Assembly: GCF_037042905.1 (NCBI RefSeq)
Contig: NC_087251.1
Location: forward strand, 46,130,001 to 46,194,000
Direction of reading: 5' to 3'
Length of the DNA: 64,000 bases
Source: Lytechinus pictus
Taxonomy: Eukaryota
The notes below the pieces were generated by a model. That model was not told the DNA's origin. It was given only the letters and a program-made list of their open reading frames with translations, and did not search any database. Below are positions 51,201 to 62,449 of this stretch, one piece after another. The first letter of the stretch is position 1. Each line of letters begins with the position of its first letter. The position numbers and the translations under genes were made by a program.

Positions 51201-54099
51201 AAAGATGTTTGGTTGGCATACTTTATCTCTAAATGTTTGACAGTTCTTATTTTAAAAAATCAGTAATAGGCTTTTGAGCTACAACCAATCACCAATAATT
51301 AACATTCGACTATTCTCTTTTTCTCTTTAACATTATCTTTTTCTGGGGGGGGGGGGTGGGGAAGGGTGGATATATTTTAGGACGGGTTGTTTTGTCCTAT
51401 ATCAAACTATATTTTTTGATGACTTCGTATTTATTTTGTGAGTATATTACTTCTCTTTCATTTATTTATTTTTCTCATTTGATTACATATATCTGTATTT
51501 GTACTTTGTTATTTTGTTATTTTTTGAGGGGCCCACATTGTACAAGCATTGCTTTTTAGTGGGTCCCTTCATTTCCATCTTAATTTAATTTCTATTGAAA
51601 AATAGTATACATATTTAAAACCTACAATGTGTTGCCCAAATTGTCTAAGTGTTTTTTTCACAACATATGTATTATTATTTTTTTTGCAACGGATACAAAT
51701 ATTTATGTTTATATATGGTATACAATTTGTTTTTGTTTGATGGAAGTGAAATAAATAAATTTGAATTTGAATTTGACTAGAATCTGCATTGCTGTATGCA
51801 GGTTTGTAATTTTCTTTGCGATCGTGAGTGTGATTGTGTCAATCAGAAATGATTATTTACGTCTGGAACCGACCTTAAACGTCACCATCCGAAAGACGTG
51901 ACCAGGGCTCGAACCTCGAACCTCTGCATCAATTTGTAACTTCTCCACATAGTTTGGATTGCAGGCGTACACCACATCACCCAGTAACGTTGTTGCTTGC
52001 TTCCCGAGCTAAAGTAAAGCCCTGCGCATACTATGCGATCCGATGCGACGTGAATTTTTAATAAATCGCATTTTGCATTAAATGTGACATTTCCAAGAAG
52101 CAAATTATATCATTTGAAGTTCGGCATAATGTTAGGAATGATTAAATCATAATTTTGCTTTGCGGCAAGCCCTGTGTTCGGAGTAAAGTCCAAATCGGCT
52201 TCATCAAGTCGCAGGCGATGATGACGTCATTGCGATTTGGAATGATTTTGCTTTTATACTTATATTACAGGAAGGCTCGAACTTGACTGACTTCCGATTT
52301 CAGTGGTCCTATCACAATTCTGAATTGTGATTGCTAATTAATATTTTATTGGTTGGAATGTTCATATCAAGTGTTATTGCAATTTCTTTGAAATTCGGAT
52401 CGCAATGAATCGCATAGTGTGCGCCGGGCTTAACGAATCCTATACGACTTCGAAAATCCGTCGAAAAGGGTCCCGTTTTAGGTACCCAGGCATCGTCAAT
52501 GTCGTTTTGGTAGAATGCTTGCCTTTTTCAGAACCAGTCGTCGACAATCACCATCGATGATAGTCCCTTTCTTATTGGTCGCGTAATTTGCGTTATACAG
52601 ATTGCGCCTTTTATGGGTGCAATAAAATTAAACCTATGTTCATTATAGGAAAATTATTCTTTATCAAGTGCTTTCGTATGTCTCTTTTGTGCCGTGTATA
52701 AAACTTGTTTATGTGGTTGCCACTTGAACCTTTTTGATTACCAAATCTACAGTGTCAAAATCTATTTTACGTATTTAGATTTAGAAAATGGAAAACATAA
52801 TTATCAGCCATACCAGAATTAAAAAAAATCAAATTGTGTCTGAAAGAATTCACGATATATTTCAGGAAGACCCTCGTAGAGCAAGATAGTGAATTTATGA
52901 TTTCAGTTAGCTTGCCACAGAATTTAATAAAAAGATGCCGATTTTCTCACTCAAGGGCCGTGACATATTCATGTCATATCAAAGTAACACACCAACACAA
53001 AAACACGCCAGCGGAAGAAAAATAGCAAAAACAAGTAAACTCCAGACTGGCTCATATTTTTCCCCCGAACATATACAATTTTTGTTATAACTCCACGATG
53101 CCAATTTCATCTTCTTCCGTGTCGTTGCGTAGATTAATCTAGTGAATTAAACTATCGAGTAATTAGTGTATCCAATCGCGTTGCTAGGCATTGGAAGGGC
53201 CTACTATATTAATACAAAGCTTCGCAATGATCGTAGAATATTTTTCTACGATTGATCCCATTTACTATACAATGTACAATCAATCGTGAAAATCAAGCGT
53301 ACGATTAATTGCTAACCTTTGTGTTACGGGACTATGATGATGCGTTCAACTGCATGGTTGAAAAAGGGCGCGTGCCAGTTGACAGGGCGAGTCATGTTCA
53401 ATGTATCTCGCATTAAATGGTCGGTTGAAAACGGCCGAGAAAGTTCGATTTAATTATTGCGATAATCTACCCGATGGCTAGCATTACGCCCGTGCGGACC
53501 GAACCTTCTCGAAAGACCGCGTATTGTAAACGTGAATATATGTATTTCGATCGAAATAGATATGCTTATTGGCAAAATGTAGTTTAGGCTTGCTTCATGT
53601 ATTTACTTTGTATTTTTTTTTTATAAACGACCCAAATGAAACAGTGCTGATAAGGCTACCGTTTTTAAATATATGTTATAAATCGATGATATAAAAAGTC
53701 TAAATAAAAAAAAAGACCTTAAAACATGGTTCATGATCGAAAGCAGTGTACAGCATTAACTTTTAGGTTAGGAGTGACACTGGAAAGGATTAATATTGAA
53801 TATTTGCAAAGATGCATTTTCAGATTGTTGTCAATAACATCTCGCTTTTGAGTTTTTTTTTTAAATAAAGAATATAAGTTTGTGAAAATACATTTTTACA
53901 TTATTTTAGGGATAGAAAGATATGAAAATATTTGTTGTCCCGAGTATGCAGAATGAAATTAAGAGTGAAATATTAATGATTATTTTATATGTAATGATAA
54001 GTATTCTTTCTCTAGTGTCAACTTTATGAAATATCGCATATACATTTTTTTTTTATCTTAAAACAAATCAAAATCTGAAACGTTACTACCAATAATTAT

Positions 54100-57000
54100 T
54101 TTTTTAGTTTTCATCCACTTTATAGTTCATAGTTCATTTATTTCTTCCTTTCACAAAAACATTCATACATGGTAGTTTAAAACAAATGATAATAAAATGA
54201 ATAGCAATATTGTCAGCGCTAAACATAATTAGGTTGTTACATAAATCATATATCATTTACATTACAGAGTAGGATTCCGGAGACGAAAGTTACATAAAAT
54301 TTCACATTTTGAAAGAAAGAGACTTTAAAAAAGCTAGGCTTGTCAAGGCGAGGTCCCCAATAAGGATACGATAAGTGTATAGATATTTTACATACTTTGA
54401 ATAAGACTACACATCTAAATCTACATATGGAAAGAAAAGGAAAGAAGGAAATACAGAGAGAAATTAGCAAAAGAAGGAAAGAGTGAGAATATACATGAAT
54501 TTATATACAGAATGAAAAAGACATAAGGAAAGATAAGAGAGGGATTATGAAATGATGAGAAAGGGTTTATATACAAGGGAGAAAAGTCGTTGAGATGGCA
54601 AAGAGAGAGAGAGAGTTATATAGCAGGTATAGGGGAAGTGTATAAGGGAGTTTATAAGATAAACGCCAAAAGAGGAGGGGAAAAAAGAGGTATACAAAAA
54701 AAACCAAAGGATTATAATAAATAATGTATTATACACTAAATATTTTGAAGAGTTTTAGCATAACCTTTCAGCTTACGTTTAAAGACCGACACACTGACAG
54801 AATGAGTTACTTCAATGGGAAGTGTGTTCCAAAACTTGGGACCAGTAACGGATAATGTATTCAGAGCAAAGGTAGTTCTTACCCGTGGTATATGAAGAGC
54901 GGCTGCTTGTATTGTGTTATGATTATGAATTTAACAGTTTTAATGAATAGTTGAGCCAATGCATTTGGGAGAGTACCATTTTCAAAATCATACATGATTG
55001 AACCCAACTGCAAAAAATAGATATCCTCTAACTTCAATAATTTATTACTGTGAAACAAAACATTAGTATGAGCACCATAACTAGCATGAAAAACAATTCG
55101 AATTGCCCTTTTCTGTGCGATAAGTTTCTTTTCTAATTGTGTTCTTTGTGACTTCCCCCACGCCAACACTCCGTAATTAAGATAAGGTAAAACTAGAGTA
55201 GAATATAGAATAAGCAAAGTTTCTTTTGGTACAAAAGAACACAATTTATATATTACACCAGTATTTTTTATATGACTTTACATACACTGTTGCAATGAGA
55301 CACCCAGATCAACTCCTCATAATGTCAACATTGTCAAATAATAAACCTTGTGGTAATACTGACAGAGAATTACTAAAAAGCATATAGTTAGTTTTCTGAA
55401 GATTCAAAGACAACTTGTTTGCATGGATCCACTGAACTACATTTTCTAGTTCGGTGTTAACCGTTGCTGACAAGGTATTGGGATCTTTATGAGAAAAAAA
55501 TAAACTCGAATCATCAGCAAAAAAAATGAATGACAAAACATCAGATGACAGGCTAAAATCATGCATATACAGTATGAAGAGAAGGGGGCCAAGAAGAGAT
55601 CCCTGAGGGACGCCACACGATATGGTTTGATAACTTGAGTCGGTTCCATATATTGTTTTCTGTCAGTTCAGGAACTCCTGAACCAACTAAGAGCTATGCC
55701 CCTAACTCCATAATACTCTAGCTTACTTATTAGAATTTCATGATCAACCGTATCAAAAGCTTTTGAGAAGTCCAAGAAAATGCCTATCGTGTGGTGATGG
55801 TTATCTAAAGATCGAACCACTTTATCAATGAAATGCAGTATAGCATGGGTAATGGTATGTTTTTTACGAAACCCAAACTGGTACTTGGAAAGTAATTCAG
55901 TCTGTTTGAAAAAAGGTTACTGTTCTATTGTATACAAGTATTTTCCAAAATTTTTGAGAAAGATGTCAATAAAATAATAGGTCTATAAATACTGACTGTT
56001 TTAGGATCACCCTTTTTTAAATTGGCACCACTTTAGCAATTTTCATTCGTCTTGGCACAATGCCAGATGTGAAAGATAGATTAAAAATGTGTACAAGGGG
56101 ACTCACAATACCATGCACGATATCTTTAATCAGCTCATTTCTAATACCATCAAACCCAGGACTCTTATTGCCTTTCAGCGAGGTCACAAGTCCCAACAGT
56201 TCAACTTCATTTGTTGGCAGTAAAAACAGGCTTTCTGTATTCGTCTCTGGCATGAATTCATGGAAGTTCTTTATCTGACATCTAGATATATACTCCTAAA
56301 GTTTCAGCCCAACATTGCAAAAGAAATCATTAAACTTTTCTGTAATAATTTGCCTATCTTTCACCGGACAACCATTTACATTTATACATTTAATATTGAT
56401 AGATTTTGTGGGCGATTTAAAAATACTTCTGATAACTTTTCCAAGTATTTTTTTATATTTTTGAACGTCATCTGAAAACGAGCAGAATAATATTGTTTCT
56501 TAGTAGCACGTAATAAAGAGGTAAGGATGTTTATATAATTAGCATATTTTCTTCTATTTGAATCAGAACTTCTCTTTTTATATTGATAGTATAATTTGTT
56601 TATCTGTTTGATAGACTTTAATATTGATTTAGTTATCCATGGCATACGTGGAACTTTATTGTAGTTATTCTTCTTATATCCAACCAGTACCATTTTCATC
56701 ATAGAGCTGCATAAATTTACTGAAGAAATTTTCAAAGGCGTTTTCAACATCTTGATCTATAAGAACATCATTCCAATTTGTTGTTAGTAGAGCTTCTCTC
56801 AAAGTAGCAACATTTTCTGCAGTACTTTTGCGCACAGCTTTCCTGTCTTTGGATTTACAATGTGGTCTCTCTAAAGACAAATTGCAATATACAGGAAAGT
56901 GGTCTGATGTATCAGATACTATTATTCCAGAGGATGGATATGGTTGCACATTACAAAAAATATTGTCAATTAAAGTACTTGAAACCTCTGTGATTCTGGT

Positions 57001-58546
57001 TGGTTAAGTTGCAATAGGGAGAAGGACATTATGGTGTATTCAGGAAAAGGTCAACTTGAGGGTCACTATTACAAAGTAAGAGGTTCAGATTATAATCTCC
57101 CATGAGCTACACTGATTTTCCAACTAAAAGTGGATTGTTCAGTACGGACTAGTGTTCATTTACGAACTCATTAAAGTTTGAATACCATACCTATAATCTG
57201 ATTCTTTTAGCCAGAGTTATCGATCTCAACAGAAACAGTTTCTAGATGATCAGACATATATAATATTAAGGTCCTGATGAACCCGGTACTCTATTTGGGA
57301 AGGGATATACAGAGCAACGCCTCCCCCTCGTTTGCTTGTCCGATTATTATTTACAAGATTATAACCAGAAATTGTAAAAGATTAATGTCGTCTTCACTGG
57401 AAAACCATGATTCAGTGATGCCAAGTGTTACCAATCCTGTACCACTATTCTCAACAAATCTTAACATTGTGTCAAAATTCTTACATATACTACGCATGTT
57501 TATGTGAAGTAGAGTAATGTTACGATTTGCACTGTTTGTTGTTGTTTCAACAAATTGTTCTTCAGTTTGATAATTACATTTTACATTAGGAATATCATAA
57601 CCATCATACAAATTGCTCACATTGTCTTCGTAAAAACTACAAATTTCTTCATCCATTTTGAGTCATATTGAAGCTGAAGGTGCAACATTTTCAATAACAC
57701 CATTTGCCAGTCATTCAAACATAAGAAACATATGTATAGACGTTCATGAAGAATGCCGAAAGGAAGAGAAAGAACCTGGCATTTACTTGAGTCAGGTCTT
57801 CCTTGATTGATTTACGCGATCCGGCTAACTTGCGTCGATTAGAAATAACCTCTACCCGTTTCTGATATGAGGAAAACCGCACAAGGATAGGCGACGATGA
57901 GCTTGCGGCAGCTGACGGGCCTTGGATCGAATACGATGATAAATTTGAATATCGTCTCTTGAGATGGTAATCCCAAGAGAAAGAATAACATTCGTTGCCT
58001 CTTCATCTGTGTCCTCCTTCTCCTTCTCTGGTATCCCAAAGAATCGAAGGCAGTTTCTTCTTGAGAACTGCTCCTGAGCAATTAGCACCCTGTCGGTATT
58101 GCGGAGCCGCTCGTCTTTCTTTTGAAGGTCCTCCTTCAGACTCTTCAATTCCGTAGCCGACACTTCTTTTCCTTTCTCAACATCAAAAAGCCTCCCCTCC
58201 TGCCTTTCCAGCGCTTCTTCTAACTTAATAATCCTCTTGGCCTGACCCGACACAACTGCCTCCAGGGCAGCCATCTTGGTACTGATGTGGCCACATAGAA
58301 TGTCAATAATTTTGTTGTCCTTCAGAAGGTCTTCCAAAATGGACTGGACGAGGGATTCCCTTTCCTTTGCAGATCGTGTAGAAGACATAATGGATGATGT
58401 CAGTTTTTTATTATTATAATGGACTGGTATATCAATCCGGATAGCGTTCTTTGGGAGTATAACGATCAAAGATGGATTAGCGTGAGCTGGAGATCGAACC
58501 CCAGATTCTAGTCAGGCTCCTTACCACTTGACCAATGGCACATCCA
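54100..58546 (-). mobile_element. Near full-length, inactivated CR1-type LINE (ORF1 + APE/RT ORF2 + 3'UTR); 3' limit approximate
   Basis: ORF1 (ATG 58388) has a coiled coil and EQFSRRNCLRFFGIPE. ORF2 remnants are TLLHINMRSI, GITESW, SDHFPV (APE), then [41 protein letters not shown] and GPKFWNTLP (RT). There are many frameshifts. Confidence 0.9.
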
Positions 58547-58893
58547 CTGTATACATAAAAAAACAAGTGCATACCTATAGTTACCAAGAATACGTATAGC
58601 ATTTTCATTTATTTGAATGCAGGATAAAGGAGCATTATCGTCTTGTCGATTAAATATCTTGTTCATGGGCATAGGTGTCGCGGCCGGGGATCGAACTCCG
58701 GACTTTCCATGTATAGTCAGGCGCCTTGGATCACTCGACCACGGCACCTATACATATTTTTTCCCATTATGTTTTTATTAAGGATTTCATTCAAATAAAC
58801 TCAAGATAAATTCAAACAAAATTGACAAATCTTCACTTCATATCAATAACAAAATACACAGACAAAAAAAATGAAGCAAATAATCATGGAATG

Positions 58894-58948
<55 letters not shown>

Positions 58949-58980
58949 TTGTTTTCACCATATACATACACACCCATTCT

Positions 58981-59012
<32 letters not shown>

Positions 59013-59024
59013 AATATACTTTGT

Positions 59025-59285
59025 GGGGGCGTCGTGGTCTAGTGGTTAAGACTCTCGTCTTTCAATCTGGACGTGGTTTCGATTCCAAGCCATGGCGTGT
59101 TTTCCTTCAGCAAGAAATTCACCAACATTCTGCTGCACTCAACCCAGGTTAGGTAAATGGGTACCGGCAGTAAGTAATTCCCCAAAAAAGCTGTGCGCAC
59201 CGGAATCGGTAGACTAGCTTATTAAGTAGCGCCTTGAGCACCTAGCAATTTGGATACGTGCGCTATACAAGTCCTATATTACGAT
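59025..59285 (+). mobile_element. tRNA-derived SINE
   Basis: GGGGCGTCGTGGTCTAGTGGTTAAGACTC...GGTTTCGATTCC plus the family core. Confidence 0.65.
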
Positions 59286-59647
59286 ATATATATATAAAAC
59301 AATCAACAAAATGAACGAAGAATGGCCGAAGAATATTCCACCTTTACTAGTTTATTTGAATCTTCAGAAAGTGAAATGAACATGCATATTCTTACCAAAA
59401 AAATGCGTTGCGTAGTAACTGCATCATTATGTTAACATGAATACGTCATAATCAAAAGGTATGCGTTGCCTAGTTACCGCAATTTTATTTTGACATAAAG
59501 ATTAAGACATTTCATTATTATTCTTCTTCTGTCATTACTTTTTATATATATATATATATATATTCTTTTTATATTTTTATATGTACAATCACTGAAATAA
59601 TAAAAGGCCAATTCTCCAATCAAATTCGGAGAGGAATACTAAAAAAT

Positions 59648-61086
59648 CAGGGTCTATTTAGATTCGGTTGGAAAGTGTCTATGAAGTATTTTTATTTTAT
59701 TTTCCGTTCGTTTTCATTATCTGTCTTTAATTTGTAGAAAGGAACCACGTGGAACTCGGGACTAATTCCTTTCGCACATGTTGATATGTACTTATTTACA
59801 TTAAAGGACAAGTCCACCCCAACATAACAAGTTGTTTAATAAACAAAGAAAAATCCAACGAGCATACCACTGCAAATTTCATCAAAATCGGATGTAAAAT
59901 AAGAAAGTTAAGACATTTTAAAGTTTTGCTTAAATTCAAGAAATAGTTATAGTCACATCCTGGTCGGTATGCAAATGAGGAGACTGATGACATCATCCAC
60001 TCACTATTTCTTTTGTATTTCATTACATGGAATATGAAATATTCTAATTCACTCCCCATTCTCATGTGATACAAATTTAGATTTCTTCCATGTGTAATCA
60101 TCATTTTTTAAACATTTTGTGGTTAAAACAGGAAGTATTGTCGAAGCTGTAAAAATTGAAAGATTGTACAATTTAAACAATAAAAAACAAAAGAAATAGT
60201 GAGTGGGGGACATCATTGACTCTCTCATTTGAAAGGCACTGAGTTGTGCACATAACTGTTTCTGAAAAACAAGCGCAACTTTAAAATGTCATAACTTTCT
60301 TATTTTACATCCGATTTTGATGAAATTTTGAGTGTTATACTTCTTAGATTTTTCTCTCTTTTATTCAAATAAACTTTTATCTGGAGTGGACTTTTCCTTT
60401 AAGAATTTGATCCTTTTCTCTCTTATAATGTTACGGTGAAAGGTCATTTTATTTCACAAAATGCCTCCCGTTTCTCCGATATAATATTTTCCACATCCGT
60501 TACAAGTCAAACAGTAAATTAAGTTGCTGGATGTGCTTGAGAATGAATCTTTTAATTTGAATGTTTTTTGTTTACCATCTCAAAAATTTAGCGTATATGG
60601 GCACGTTTTACATTGTTTATCATTACACTTTTTTCGTCCCTCCTTTTGGTTTCCTAATGATGCTCTTGTCAATTTTTTTTTTCAAATCCGGAGCTTGTCT
60701 CCTACATGCAATATATTTTTTTATCAAATATTCTCTTAAGTTCAGCATCATTATTCAACAGGGGCATTATCAATTTGATAAAATTTGAAAAATCTCCATT
60801 ATTTGGGTTATAATTATGTATAAACGAAAACAATATTATCCAATTGATCAATCTTTTTCTTCGTTTGTCTTAGAATGTTCTGTTTTATAGATCGTGCTTT
60901 CTGTGTGCCAACTTAGATAAGATCCTTTGGATATCTCCGAAGGATAAGAATTTATTCCAATACCTTATGAAAATCTATAAACAGACGTCTTAAAGAATAC
61001 GCTGTATATCATCATATATATGTGTGGTTATGTACTTGTATTATACAAAAAATAGGTTTATTTTTGAAAGATATTGGTTTTAAATA
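59648..61086 (-). mobile_element. Penelope-like retroelement remnant (RT thumb, Cys linker, GIY-YIG endonuclease)
   Basis: Minus-strand translation gives LILRRYPKDLI (~60930), GRKKCNDKQCKTCPY (~60600-60640), SSNLIYCLTCNGCGKYYIGETG (~60465-60535) and, after the MITE, FYKLKTDNENERK..YFIDTFQPNLNRP* (stop ~59648). Confidence 0.85.
59805..60398. mobile_element. MITE family A, copy 3, inserted into the Penelope GIY-YIG coding region
   Basis: TTAA|AGGACAAGTCCACCCC ... GGAGTGGACTTTTCCT|TTAA. Removing it rejoins ...QILNVNKYISTC on the minus strand. Confidence 0.85.
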
Positions 61087-61272
61087 TGTACATAAAATTA
61101 ACATGAGTAAACACAAGTTTGTAAGCACGTAAGAATTCTCGCGATCACATACACTATTTAAAACCAATATCTTTCAAAAATAAAAACCTATTTTTTGTAT
61201 AATACAAGTCCATAACCACACATTGATATACAGCGTATTCTTTAAGACGTCTGTTTATAGATTTTCATAAGG
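60963..61272. repeat. Long near-perfect inverted repeat (~120-bp arms, ~70-bp spacer)
   Basis: CCTTATGAAAATCTATAAACAGACGTCTTAAAGAATACGCTGTATATC...GGTTTTAAATA (60963-61086) is the reverse complement of 61156-61272, apart from small indels. Confidence 0.9.
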
Positions 61273-61505
61273 CGGCTGCCATTCTTATTGACTTCAACGA
61301 CTTAAATTACGACCTAAATTAGCCTTACTTAAGTTGTTTGTACATTTGTTTGTACATTTATTTGTACATTGTTTTTCTTGTACTTCAGATACCCGAAGAA
61401 GGCCCAAATATGGCCGAAAACTTGTTGTGAATAAACTTGATGAACTAAACCCCGGCTACGTCGATTGCTTTATTCTCGCTGTATCTACATATAGCATCCT
61501 CTAAA

Positions 61506-61539
<34 letters not shown>

Positions 61540-62449
61540 TATAGTATCATCCGGCTGGTGGTTTCTGCTGGCAAGCTGACAAATTATATAATTTTGATAT
61601 GGTTGCCAAGATGAGCGACACAAAAGAGGTGAAAGAACGGTGTGGATAGGGATATAAACCCATCTAATGCCTGAGGCTTAAGCTTGTCATGTCTATTGAA
61701 TGGTCATAGCATACGACGGAGCGGCAAGATAAGGAAGGAAGGATGTGACACATCTTTGCTCGGACTCACCTTGGAGATAAGATCGATTGAGGATAGCATC
61801 ATCTTTGGTTGCATGCACCTGTCTCATCGTTACCCACACCGTCCGACGATCTCTCCCCTGGCAACCGCTGACGTGCGATTGTTTATTAGCAACCTGACTT
61901 CCCGCTTTTTTAATATTTATGCACACGACACTCCCTCCAATGATGAGAGAGAGAGAGAGTTGGATAGTAATGGGTTTGAGTCCCAGGCGCCACTTTTTTA
62001 TTGGCAGGGTTCGCTCAGTTGGCGGCTAACAGAGCTTAATATTTACCACTCAGCTTCAGGCGTTGATCAAAATCGCTCAGTTATAATACGACGACTATAG
62101 GTCATCTGATAGACAAGCATTATCTCCATCGTGTGTATTTGAATACAGGATAGATACTGGACGATTAAGCTATTTTGTATATCTATGGTTTTATTCTTGA
62201 TATATATTCGTTCATCACACATCGATACGTTGAGTAAGGAAATAAATTTGAGACAACCGAGATTGCCCGATGCATTAGTATAATGCAATATTTTGTGGAC
62301 GAATTAAGATGATTTGACAATGTAGAGTGTTGCGATGAATAACTACATGGATGGACAGTGTCAATGGTTGTGACATAAACCTATTGGCAGTACTTTATCT
62401 GCATGATTCGGAGGAATGATGTGATTTTTGTTTGAGAAGTCATCATCTC

